Below, one piece after another: positions 51,577-64,000 of a stretch of 64,000 nucleotides of DNA (positions are counted from its first letter, which is position 1; every line of letters begins with the position of its first letter). A program made the position numbers and the translations under genes. The stretch is taken from assembly GCA_028534125.1 (NCBI GenBank), contig CM052817.1:52268001-52332000 (forward strand), written 5' to 3'. The notes under the pieces are model-generated. The model saw only the letters and a program-made list of their open reading frames with translations, did not search any database and was not told the origin of the DNA. This DNA is from Lama glama. Taxonomy: Eukaryota.

Positions 51577-52010
51577 ATTTTTCTTCCAGCTTTATTGAGA
51601 TAAGGTTGGCATGCAGCACTGTATAAATTTAAGGTATACAGCATAGTGATTTGATTGACATATATCATGAAATGATTACCACAATAAGTTTAGTGAGAAT
51701 CCATCATCTCATATAGATCCAATATGAAAGAAAATGAAAGAGAAATATTGTTTTCCTTGTAATGAAATCCCTAAGGATTTACTCTCTTAACAAATTTCAT
51801 ATATAACATATAGCAGTAATTATATTTATCATGTTGCACATTACATCCTTAGTACTTATTTGTCTTATAACTGGAAGTTTGACCTTTTGACCACGTCCAT
51901 CCAATTTCCTGTACTCCCACCCCCACACTCCACCTCTGCTAACAAATCTGATCTCTTTTTCCATTACTTTGTTTGTTTTTGAAGTGAGATTGGCCTACAA
52001 CACTTGTTAT
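51577..52010 (-). mobile_element. L1MA9-like 3' end
   Basis: ccagctttattgagata, gaaatgattaccacaataagtttagt, ggatttactctcttaacaaatttca, cttataactggaagtttg. Confidence 0.9.
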
Positions 52011-54234
52011 GTTGTGTTCATATATCTAATATGAGAAAGTGACAAAAGTGTTTACAATAAAACATGTTTATGCACCAGCCAAATATATTTATTTACATAT
52101 ATATATTTTTTCATATGGATCTTTAATAGAAAAGGATCTTAAATATAAAAAATGACTAGGTATCAACTAATTGATTTTCTATATACTTACTCAACAAATA
52201 TTTTTATGAAGTACATAAAGTGTCCTTTTAATTTAAATCAGCAAATACTTACTGTATATTATAACAGCAATTTTCTATCAATACTTCATCAATAAAGTTT
52301 TCAAGATAATATTTTAGATTAAAATGCTCTATATCATTCTATTAAATGAAAGATAACAGTCAGAATATTTCTGTATTATAACATTTCTAAATGAATCTTA
52401 CATAAGTCAATTTTATTAATCTGCTCTTAGGTCTCTGAATTAAAATGGGAAGTATATAATATCAGCATCATTTTCTCTAAGTTGTAAAAATTATGGTGTT
52501 TCTAATGCATGCTAGATATGTGCTAAATCCCTTTCTCTTTTGTTATAAAATCTGTTGTGTAGCACTAGGGAGGCTACTTTCATTTACATGCTAATTGAAA
52601 ACAAAATAGTGGGAAAATGTTAGTAAGATGATGAAAAGAAGCCTATTTATCCCACCTAAACTTAGGTGTCACTTATTCATTCCTGTTAGATAGAAAAATA
52701 ACAAGACTGCCCAATTAATTACTCACATAGATTGCAATTTTGCAGCTATCTCCTGGCAAAAATGAGAAATCTATTAAGCAATGAAAATGGAATGAATCAT
52801 GAGTTCCCCTGCCCCTTACACACAACGTTAATTTTTATCTGATATGGGTAGGGAGTTTTGTATAGATTGGAAGATGAAGAAGCTATTTATTTAGACAGAT
52901 TTCATTCATTAAATTGTTCCACTTGTCTCTGCTATTATGAAATCAAACTACTCTGTATAAAATCTTGTTTAGTTTTCAAGATGACAGGATTGCTATCCCT
53001 AAAAACTGGCTAGAATGCTGTGATAAGTTTATAACTCCCTTGTTTTCAGTATAATTGAGAAAATACTATTTATAAAGCAGAGGGAGCCATATTACTTCAT
53101 ATATTTAATCATATTGAAAAATATCTGGTGAAAATTATAGTAATATTTCCATTTCAATAAACTTCATCTGTGTCAGTAAAATAGCAAACTGTTTACTTAA
53201 AAAAAACTACTATCAATTTTAGTTTTGTGCAAAATGTACGATTTGTATGGACATACTTATTTTAGGTTGATTGTCTTCTAAACTCTTGCATATTTTTTTC
53301 TTTATCATTGGGATAGCCTGATCAAATGTCTCCCATTCAAATCTGTAAAGGATTCTGTGCCTGACTGTGATTATAATTTCAATATTCTGTCAAAATTATT
53401 AAATGACATAAATATGACTAGTTCTAAGTTTATTACAAAAAAAATCACTGGATTTAGAAAGGAGACAAGCAGGAAAATACCAACTCATTCCATAATATTA
53501 AAGGTAATATTACTAACTCAAGCAAACTGTATCAATAACCAAGTTGAGAAGATAATAGATAAATATTTTTTGTCATGAGATAAAACTTAAAGTAGTACTA
53601 AAATACTATCTTTATAATTACATAAAGTCTACTAACATTAAGTCTACAAATAGATATTTTGAGGTTTCTATTAGGATACATTCCCACAAATCAGGCCTCT
53701 AAATTCTGAACAGAGTTTTGAAATTTAACAGTAAGAAAGAGAAAAAAAAAAGTAAGGTCAGTTGCCATTCATTTCATCCTATATCTTGGAAAAACTGATT
53801 TATTGTGCCAAAGCTGGAAGAAAAAGTGTTTGAGCTCTACTTAATACCATTAACACCTGGAGATTCTCCGAGAAAGTCATCACCTAGTAGCCCTATCTAT
53901 CCATGAAGATTTCAGTGGGATTCCCCTTACTGTACCGCCCTCTGCCCATGCCAGTCCCACTAACTCTCCTGCTATTTCTATGCTACCTTTAAGATTCAAA
54001 TAATTTTTCTCCTGGTCCAGAACTGGTAAGCCTGTGAGGCTGAGATCTCCCTTCATAAATGCATAGTAAATCAACTTTTTTCTGGAATCCTGCTTTATCC
54101 TTGAGCTTTATCCTGTAATTGGGATAATATCCTCTGTTTCAAACTGCACAAGTGTTTCTAGAAGTTTTCATTACTCTTTGGTGTTTGGACTGTGGAGCAG
54201 CATACAGATTTCTTTGACACCACAATATAACTCT

Positions 54235-55740
54235 CATCTATCCATTCATGCGTCTGTCTAGCCATCATTTTAACAATATTTTTTGAACATCTGCTGAATG
54301 TTAGGTAATGTTCCTGGTTAATGGACTACATCATTACACAAAACAGATACCATCCTGGGTCTCACATTCAGGTGGAGTAAAAAAGAAACAAACATGCATG
54401 CTGTGTAGTTATGTGATGCCTGGTAACAGGGATATGGCACCTTGAGTACGTCTATTTTACAGAAGGTAAACAAGCAGAGGCCTTTCTGGCAAAGTCACCT
54501 TAGAGCAGATAACAGACAGAAGTGCCACAACACGCATCTTCCACATGGAGCCATGGAGAGGGTTTCAGGGAGAGGAGAGAGCAAGTGCAGAGGACACAAA
54601 ATAGGAACATTCTTGGTGTATTCGCTAACCAGAAAGGAAATAAATATTACTGGAAGAGGATAAACTAAAAGAAAAAAGGTTGAAAATGAAGTCAGAGAAT
54701 CACGTATGTGGTGGGGAGATCACATGTAGCTTTGTAGACCATTTGTAAAGCCGTTGACTTACTCTCTGAATAAGACAGGACACCACTGCAACACTTTATG
54801 AAGGCTGATATGATCTCATTTTGTTTAAAAATGTCTCTGGCTGTTATATGGAGACTGCATATTGGAAGCAGAGAGAATGGTTAAGAGAACATTGCAATAA
54901 TCTAGGTGACATACTCCCTTAGATGTACTAGAAAGGAGGGTGTGATTTGATTGTCTCTGTGTGTGTAAATTTTAAAGGAAAAACTTATTGGATATTAACA
55001 TGATTTGGATTTGGAGTGAAAGAAAAGGAGAGGAGTTAAAGATTGCTCCACTTGGGACCTAATGAAAGGTTTCTTTGAACCAATAGGCATTAACATCTGA
55101 TTAAAGTGAGTTCAGGAAATAATTGGAGGTGAAGAAATGGAGCCAGTGAGTAAGACAATATTTACTTGGGTGCAGTTTTGGTTTCAAGAGAGAAGGAAAA
55201 ATGAGATAGTTACTGGCGAAATAGGTAAAAATGGATTTTATTTTGTAAACAAGAGCTGTCATAAAATCTTTTGCTATTATATCTATAACATTTGTTTTAT
55301 CAGAATGATACGCTAGAGAAAAAAAATGGTGGATAAGGAAGGATATACTACCTGAGTGATGTTTTTGTTATGCAAGAACGGACGAGATCTAGTTTACAAA
55401 GGAGGTTGGCCTTAGAAAGGAATACAGGAATTTAGCATCCTAATAGTAGTTAAAGCAATTTACAAGGAAGCAAATTTATTTATTTATGGGTAGAAGCAAC
55501 ATGTGGAATATCTTTTGATTGCTTCTATTTTCACTGGGAGATGGTAACATGTTTATCTATTGATAACTTGGGGATGAAAGAAGAGATTCTGGAGTCCTGA
55601 CAAGATGAAGAATTTGGAAAAAGGCATCTAGGAACCCAGGAGAGTGAAGTAAGAAAATGTAGTAGGCAAGTTGGAAAACACTTAAAACTTACGAGACATC
55701 AGTAGTCCTGAATGTAAAGCAAGTACAACCAGTGGGGTTT
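54235..55740 (-). mobile_element. Degraded L2
   Basis: catctatccattcat...aacaatatttttgaacatct, ttgacttactctctgaataagacagg, ggaagcagagagaatggttaagagaacattgcaataatctaggtga, gattgcttctattttcac. Confidence 0.8.
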
Positions 55741-55789
55741 TATGGGTTTTTCAAACATGTATCTTTAAAATTTTGATCACTTACTACAA

Positions 55790-55980
55790 TGTATCAAGGG
55801 ATTTCCTTCAACAACACCAAGCAATTCTCCCACACCAGCTGGATGTCCTACAATTTAACTCAATTCTGAGATAGCATCAGAGGTAGTATAAGATTCCACA
55901 CCTTAAGGTCCTAATAAGACTGCCACCCGACACACACACACACACACAAAGACAGATACATACACACATACACACACACA

Positions 55981-56031
<51 letters not shown>

Positions 56032-56275
56032 CAGAGCATAGTCACAGGTCCAGGTTGTTACCTGTACTTCTTTCCTACTGTCTATAGATGAGAGGTCCCA
56101 GTGATCCTTCCTTGGGTTCAATTAACTTGCTTCAGCAACTCACAGAACTCAGAAAAATATTCTACTCTACTTTACTAGATCACTGGCTTACTATAAAGGG
56201 ATATAACTCAGGAATAGCCTGATGGAAGAGAAGCTTAGGGCAAAACATGGGGAAATGGTGTGGTGCAACCATGAG
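55790..56275 (-). mobile_element. MER21-like LTR (partial)
   Basis: caccaagcaattctcccacaccagctggatgtcctacaatttaactcaattctga, ttgggttcaattaacttgc, ctcacagaactcag, ataactcaggaatagcctgatggaagag. Confidence 0.85.
55930..56028. repeat. Compound (CA)n microsatellite inside MER21
   Basis: About 100 bp of CA repeats with interruptions. Confidence 0.97.
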
Positions 56276-57859
56276 ATTATTTTTTTCCCTGAAGATAGAA
56301 TTTCTCTTTCCCTAAATTTGGATCAGTAATTGCTCACCTCTCCCTTACATTTCATGAAATAGTCTAGTCTCCAACCATAAATCTTCCTTTTTTCCCTTTT
56401 AATTTGTTTTTTTTTTGTTTCTTTGTTGGTTTTGTTTTGTCTTTCACAGTTAAATTTGGCTTCAATCATCTGCAATTGAAGTGGTACTCATCAATACAAA
56501 ATGTGATATTTTTTACTGGGATGAAATAATTTGTGAAAATAAAAGAGTATACTTTGAGCCACAGGAATTGTATCACCCAATTTCAATTTTTACCTTTCCA
56601 TATGCATGTGTCATATATCTCAAAATAATAATTCAAAATGAGAAAATTATAATTGAAAACAGTGGAATGCATGCAAGTAATCAAAGCAAAATAACCTATC
56701 CAAAGAAAAGACTTGATTCTGACATGTCTTGATTATTTTTATGATAGCAAAGTGACAGAAACAAAAATGTTGAAAAGTTGAATTTACATAAAACACATTA
56801 TGGGGTCTTAGTTTCTTTTAGGGTTAAATGTATATTTATTAATAATATGCTTATAACATTACCTTTGGTTAATCATCTTGAGTCATTATATAATCACATT
56901 ACTATAATAAATACCAACTCCTACTTGTCTTGTATTTCCGATTTTGACAGTAGTATTCATATTTAATTTATCTTTTGTTTTGTTTTTAATAGGAAAAATT
57001 CAAGTTGTCCAGTCCCATAGCCTTATAATATCACCTCACTGGCTGCAGTGTCTCTCTGTCTCATATTTGCTTTCTCAGAATAACCAAATTTTTGTCTTAT
57101 GATTAATCATCTAGTGAGGATCTGTTTCAGTTCCAAGTGGCTTAACAAAAATATTTCTTCGCAGTACATGTGATACTCTCATCAAGAGGAATTCTAATGA
57201 ATAAAAATATCCTTGTCCCATTAAAGTACTAAACAACAGCATATGCAAGACCCATTCTGAGCGTAATGGGGTATGGAAGTCATTACCAGTAAGGGTTCTT
57301 ACTTACAAGCAACAGAATTCAGTATCTTGTCTAGTAATATCTTGTCTGGCAATAAATGGAAATAGAAAAGACATTCCCCTTTCAGATTGCCATGTCCAAG
57401 GGGCATAATGAGAATTCCCAAATGTGTAAGAAGATTCAAATGTTCTGCAGGCAAGAAATGACAAATGATGTATTTATTACACAAATTAAAAATATGGATA
57501 AAGAGTAATAATGAAGAATATAAGAAGCAGGAAGAAGTAAAAAATTATGGTATTTTAACTCAAGTATTTTTAATTAAGCTTGTTTAGAACCCATCATATT
57601 TACTCTAATTAAAGAACACACTATATCAATATTGAGATGCACTTTAATTAATAAAGAGTACAGCAGCTAAAAATAGCAATATTAGTATTTGGGGATGTGA
57701 ATGAAAATAGTTACATGCACTACTCAAAGGCATAGGTTAGTAAAATCCACATCGGAAAGTTACTTGACATTGGATAGAAAAAATATTTAAATCTACACAT
57801 TTTCATACACATTTCATGTTCAGGAACTTATAAATAACAGCGTAGAAAAAGACACAACA

Positions 57860-58700
57860 TTTACCTATAAATATGACCTCTACATGGTTCTTGCTCTATT
57901 CCTAACCTATCTGCTTCTGCAGTCTAAGTTGTTTATAACCAGCCTACCCGAAATTCGTGTTTGATCTTGCTCCAAAATTTAATCTGTGGATCACAGGAGC
58001 CCCACTGCTGCCTCCCCAGTAAAAGTTCATCAACTTTGGCCTAGAACATTAAAGCAACCTCCTAACTGGTCTCACTGTTTCTGTATTTGCCCACTCCTTA
58101 ACTTCAACAAAGTAGTCAAAATGATACTGTTAATTCAGATCATGCCACTTCTCTGCTCAGAATTCCCCAAAGACTTAATTATTTCCCAGTAAAATCTTCA
58201 CTATAACCCCTAAAATCCAGCCTGACCTGACCCTCTGGTACCATCTGATGTCATCCCATGCTCTCCAATGCCTTCTCCCATCCAGCAGTCCGGCTTCTTA
58301 CCCATGGCATGCCGCCACTTTGGGACTTTGTATTTGTTGTTCTCTCTTTCTGACATATCTTTCCAGATATCTATATGGCTTGTTTCTGATTCATGTCTTT
58401 ATCAAAACATTTTCTCAGAGAAAGTTTCTCTGGCCATGCTAATATTTCACATAGCAAACCCTGATAATCTGTATCCATCCTTCCCACTTCATGTGGTTTT
58501 TGCCCTCAACATTTATCACATTAAAAAATACCATGTATTTACTAATCTGTGTTATTTAGTATTGGCTTTCACCAAGTAGATTGCAAATTCTGTGCAAAGA
58601 TTTTTCCCACTTTTTTCACTATCATATCCTAATAACTGAGCATAAGAGGGGAGATAGGGAAACAACTTAAATATTTAAAAGATAGATGATTGATTAAATT
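57860..58700 (+). mobile_element. L2 3' region
   Basis: aacctcctaactggtctcactgtttctg, cagatcatgccacttctctgctcagaattcccc, aaatatttaaaagatagatgattgatt. Confidence 0.8.
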
Positions 58701-59029
58701 GGTTTTGATATATAATACCATAGAGTCACTGAATTTTTGTTGTAGAAGAATTTTTATTAACTTGAGAAATAGAATTTCTCAAGAAATCCATTTATGTTAA
58801 GTTGTCTATGATATACTTTTTATAATTTAATAAAGCATAAACAAAATTGTTTATACTAAGATGTTATCAGTTATTGTTTCTTGGAGTTGTATTTAAAAGT
58901 GTTTTTTGTACTTTTAATATACCACAAACTTGCTAAAATTAACCTGAACTATAATTGTAGATTAAAAGTTCACATTATTTTAAAAAATTTAATCCTAAAG
59001 TGAATTTTTGAAGAGAAAATGACCAAGAC

Positions 59030-60190
59030 TTATAGATAATTGAAATGACACCAATTCTCACACTCTGTAAACCTAGTGACTTCCAAAGATGATAAACAAA
59101 AAAAAATAAATCCACAGCCAATATATTTCAGTGAAACTTCAGAACCAAAGATAGAGAATCTTCAGAGCATCTTAAAAGGAAAAAAACAAAAGGGAGAAGA
59201 GATAGACAGATTACCTAGAGAAAAATGACTGCCAACTAATATCTTAGCAGAAACAATGGTAGCATAAACAACAAAATAATACCTTTAAATAACTGAATAT
59301 TTATTGCATACCAAATTAAACTCTCTCTTAAGAAGAAAAGGGGAAAAATGTTTCCAAGTATACGGTATTATACAGTGTTAGTCCTGGCACAACATCTCTG
59401 CAGAAAACTGACAGATAAATTCAAGGAAAGAAAACTCATCTAAGAAATTGGAGAAAAAAAGGTGATCAAAAGAAACTGTAAATATTTGGAAATTCCAGAC
59501 AATTATTATCTATGGCAATACTGCATAATAAGACCAAGTATGTAGGATAAATAAATCAATATGAAATAAGAATACCAAATAATAGTAGCATAAATGTTAA
59601 GAAATTAATTGTGCAAAATAATATAAAGTTCATTATATGGCTGCAGAACTGAGAAAAATCTATCAAATAGTATTCACATTTTTAAGTTGAATGTAAGTGC
59701 TAAAATTTTAAGATAAACCACTAATGAATATAAATATGTGTAAAATTCCCCCCAAAAAAAGAATAAGGAAAAAGAAAACAGTGCAACAAAAAGGAAAACA
59801 AAGAATAAGAAATACAAAATAAGTCAAGAAAGTGGTTAAAGACAGATTAGGGAAGAAACATATAAAAATGTTAGAAATAAATTCATATTCATCATATTGG
59901 TATATGAGAAATATGTGATAAATATAAATGGTCTTTATACTCCAATTTAAGAAAACTATTATCAAAGTTGAATTTAAAAATCAGATTTGAGATTTCTTGT
60001 TCAAAATAGGATACTATGGCCTATGGCAGACTAATCCTTACTTACACTGAGAGCAATCAGTAAAAAGATTTAAAACATAAAAATTATCTTCTCAGTCCAG
60101 GCAGAGGGCTGCTACTGGTGGAAAAAAGAAATCAACAGAACATTCTGGTGACTGCAAGTAGCTGCAGTGACAAATTTGGCCACTTGAGAG
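59030..60190 (+). mobile_element. Old L1 ORF1 and 5'-region remnants
   Basis: aataaatccacagccaatatatttcagtgaaacttcagaaccaaagatagagaatctt, agacagattaccta, cagaaacaatgg; A-rich + strand. Confidence 0.6.
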
Positions 60191-60202
60191 TACTCAGACT
60201 CT

Positions 60203-61000
60203 GAGTCCTGAACAACCAGTGGGTCAAAGAAGACATCAAAAGAAATGCTGAAGAGTGTTTTGAGACAAACAAAAGTGGAATGCAATAAACCAAAACTTAT
60301 AGGATGCAGGAACAGCCGTTATAAGAGTGGAGTTTATAGCAATAAATGTGTACACTAAGGAGAAAAAACGATTTATAATAAACAACCTAAATTTACACCT
60401 CAGAGAAGTAGAAAAAGAAGAATCTAAGCCCAAAGTTAGTAGAATGAAGAAAATAATAAAGCTGAGCAGAGATAAATGAAATAGAGACTAGAAAGGCAAT
60501 AGAAAAAAAATCAATAGAGTTTGTTTTTTTAAAAGATAAACATAATTGACAAGATTTTAGCCAGGCTAAGAAAAAAAAAAATGAGTGAACACTGAAATAA
60601 ATAAAATAAGAAATGAAAGAGGAGATATTACAACTGATACAGTTTTAGTGCAAAGAATCTTAAGATACTACTATGAACAACTATACAGCAATTAACCTAG
60701 AAGAAAGAAATTCCTAGAAACATAACTAATAGAAAATCTGAACAGACAAGTAAAGAGATTTAAGAAGCACTAAAAATTTTCCAACAAAGAAAAGTCCAGC
60801 TTCACTGGTGAATTCTGCCAAACTTAAAAATAAATAGTTAATGTCAGTCTTTATTAAACTGTTTCAAAGAATTGATTAGGAAGGAACATTCCCCAGCTTA
60901 TTTTACAAGGCCAGCATTACCCTGATATCAGAGCCAAATAAGGATAGTACAAGAAAAGAAAACTATAGGCCTAATGAATATAGTTGCAAACAAAATCTTA
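60203..61000 (+). mobile_element. L1 ORF2 fragment (between EN and RT)
   Basis: cctgaacaaccagtgggtcaaagaag, aaacaacctaaatttacacctca, gaaatgaaagaggagatattacaactgatac, caaggccagcattaccctgata. Confidence 0.92.
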
Positions 61001-61860
61001 AACTGATTGTATCAAGAAAGGAAAAGCATGTCATCAAATAAATCTATGAAAACATGCTTGATCTCATGAATAATCTGGAAAATGGAAATTAAGATCACAG
61101 TGAAAAAAAGTTTTACACATATTGATTTGGAAAAAATGAAGTATATGACAATATCAAATGCAGAAAAAAATTTATACACTCCTATGCAAATTTTATACAC
61201 TTCTACTGCACATTTAAATTTATGCAGCAATTTTAGAAAACAGTTTTTATTTTCCAGTACAATTGAACATGTCTTCATTTATGGCACAGCCATTGTACTT
61301 CTGGGTGTACAACATAGCAAAATATTTTCATGTGTGTTCTAGGAGTCATGTACATATATTTTTGTTGCAGAATTGTTTGTAAAGGGAAAAAATGCAACAA
61401 AACCTGACAAACTTATAGTAAAATATTGTGTCCAATCACAGTTAAATAAATGTTACTATATGCCAAAAAATGGAATGGTATCTGACCATGTCAAGTATAA
61501 TAACTGGGGACCATTTTCTTTATTGAAATCATGTTCACTGCATGCATGAATATATCTAAATCTCAAAAACAGAATGTTTGGGAGAACATGCAATCATAGA
61601 AGAATAAGCACTGTTTATATAAGTATCAAAAAGTGGTTCCCAAAATCCCTCACAATACTTTAGTTTTTAGAAATAAATAATATAAAATTAAGGGAAAGGT
61701 TTAACTTAAGGAGAGACCAAGATACTTTTCTGAAGAGGCACAAAGAGAACTTTAAATACTATTTTTTAATGCTATGTCAAATTGTTTGAGTTTTTGTTTT
61801 ATTAATAAACCTTAAAGCTATGTTATCTGCAGTAGATTGTACAGCACATTTCAGAAATAA
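61001..61860 (+). mobile_element. Old L1 (L1ME-like) 3' region
   Basis: aatggaaattaagatcacagtga, cagccattgtacttctgggtgtac, ttgttgcagaattgtttgtaaa, aatctcaaaaacagaatgtt. Confidence 0.7.
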
Positions 61861-63084
61861 AATGATTGAAACTCACATGTACAATCACATGTTTAAATAT
61901 GTATAGTTCCCTTTATGTAGACACACTACTCAATTACAGCTATATAAACATGCACAAAGATTGGAGCTTGCTAGGGTTAAATCTCTAACCTACATTTCCC
62001 ATCACAGGGAAACCTCCATTTTGCTTATATATATTTTCACTTCACTTCTTATTTTCTACTGAACAAAGTTTTGGGTTTTTTATCAGACAGCCATTAAAAT
62101 TTCCTCAGAAGACTTGGGATCTAACTCAGTGTGTTCTCTTTCTAATTTTGTCAATTTGTTTAATGATCCTGTTTTGCTGTATCCAATTCTATTCCATGAA
62201 GATAAACCTATTAGGCATGATTGTTTTGAGGAGGAACTAAGATTATCAGAAAGTATAGTAATGGCATTACAAAAACGTGGTAATTTATTTGCTGTTTGTT
62301 TTCCAGAATAAGCTCAAACCAGCAACATGTGTACAGACCTACATGCTTTTCTGGAGTATGTCTTTAAATTTCATTAACATAACCTGAAGCAAGAACATAG
62401 TTAGTTATTCTTTGTCCTAGTATAATAAAAGCAAGCATTATCTCATATCATATGACTTAGTCATTTGCTAAAATAATGATGACATCATCAAAATAAAGCA
62501 ATGTGCTAGGAGTTTTTCCATACAATGAAGCTTTCAAAGTCCAACGTAGGCTGCCACAGTTTAAGATTACAACTAATGATAGCGCCAGAGAACTTATTAA
62601 AAATGTCAATTCATTTGTTTCATGTTGGCATTGGTTCTTCAATTAATATATGTAATTATTAAGTAGAAAATCAAACAAAATTATATTTCAGTTTTTAAAA
62701 AATATATTCAGTTAAATATACAACCAAATATGATTAAACTATACTTTAAAATGAGCTTAGTTTTTTTCTTAATCAAATTTGAACTAGAAGAGCAAGATCC
62801 TATGACTTTGAAGTGTTTTTCATGAAATCTCTTCAGACACAGAGTTTATAAATTTATTAAAAACAGTAGAAAAGGATTTTAATTGCTCTAATAATCTAAA
62901 GAGCATATTTTAAAAATTAGCCAGACTCTATGAAGTTGAAATGAAAACTGGTAAAAAACTGAGTCTCTGCAGCATGCATATGTGAGAAATATGTTGTTAC
63001 TGATATAAAACTTTAGCATTTTATGTTACATAATACCAGAATAGACCATAAAATCATTATAGGCTGAGCATATAAGGGCAAGCA

Positions 63085-63700
63085 ACTTTCTCTTTTTTCT
63101 TGTTCTTCTAACACCTTTACCTCACTCCTCTCTCTCAACTGTTGAATTTTCTTCACATATTAATAAGAAAATATAAGCAGTGGTAAGAGAAGTTCCATAT
63201 CTGTCAATAAACTTGCCTCTGTGCCCATATGTTTCTACTTCTTTGCACTCAATTCTAAGACTGACCCTTCCTCTACCTAGGGTCAGACCCTCTAATTGTA
63301 CATAAACTCCCATTTCCTTTTGCTGGTTAAGAACATTGTTCTAGCAATTACCTCTTTGTTTTCTTTATCATCATATTTTGATTCTTTTTATGATATCATT
63401 AATATCAACTTATAAATGTCATAATATCATTTACATTTAAAAAGTAAACTCTTTACCCCATATTTCCTTCCATCTAGCTACCCTTTATTTCTGTCTTCCT
63501 CTCTCTACAGGAGCTTTTACAAATTTGATCTGGATATTCATTTCCTTTCCTCTTCTTACAAATCAAATTTTCAATTTTTAGCCTTCAGTTTTCAAACCAG
63601 TCTACAGTATTTAAGCTAGAAAGTCACAATCTCTAAAAACATTTCAGTGTTTGGCCTTGGAGACACCATCTTCCCTGGTTCCCTGTTTTATCATTTGCAC
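63085..63700 (+). mobile_element. Degraded L2
   Basis: aattttcttcacatattaataagaaaatataagc, ccttccatctagctaccctttatttctg, ttggccttggagacacca. Confidence 0.55.
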
Positions 63701-64000
63701 AATCTCCCGAGGATTTTTTTAGAATTTTTCCAGAATCCCTAAGTGCTGCTGCTCTTCCCCTGTGTTAGTCCCCAAATTCTTGCTTTCTCCTTTATTCAAC
63801 AGTAATATGCTGGGGTGGTAGTGTTGCTTCAAAAACTCCTGGGATCTTTCTGGATATGACCTGAAACCAGCCCCTTTATGCAGAGGGTAGGAGAAACCTA
63901 AGAAAAAGGGAGGCTGCTCCAGATTGGTAGGTGGCACTTTTAATAAGCAAGGAAATTTACTCATTAAGCTTGTATTGGGCGGTCACAAGACAAGTAGATT

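Noticed and set aside
55903..56121. CVCVCV ORF
   Set aside because: Translation of the (CA)n microsatellite
58761..58783. 10-bp hairpin cttgagaaat-aga-atttctcaag, and a 9-bp one at 35352-35370
   Set aside because: AT-rich stems of this length are plausible by chance in 64 kb; no supporting context
1..64000. Novel multi-gene system, CRISPR array or operon
   Set aside because: Mammalian non-coding DNA: no long ORFs, no regularly spaced repeat-spacer array, no recognisable domains other than decayed L1 ORFs

Overview
AT-rich, CpG-poor mammalian non-coding DNA, either intergenic or deep intronic. It is most likely from a camelid or other artiodactyl: the young L1 3' ends resemble camelid L1 as I recall it, and I see no Alu, Bov-tA, PRE1 or CanSINE. 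A large share of the window is recognisable transposon relics: L1 of several ages, L2, MIR, ERV1/ERVL/MaLR LTRs and MER20, often nested. There are two assembly gaps (500 N and 100 N). No protein-coding gene, RNA gene or CRISPR array can be supported, and the ORF track is explained by repeats, gaps or chance. I found no evidence for a novel biological system. The best leads are modest: a candidate 6-nt microexon and two other candidate + strand exons, atypical L1 insertions, a MER41-like LTR with an internal duplication and hairpin, a CTCF site and an enhancer-like motif cluster. Repeat family names come from recalled consensus sequences, not a database search. Boundaries of old repeats are approximate (tens of bp).
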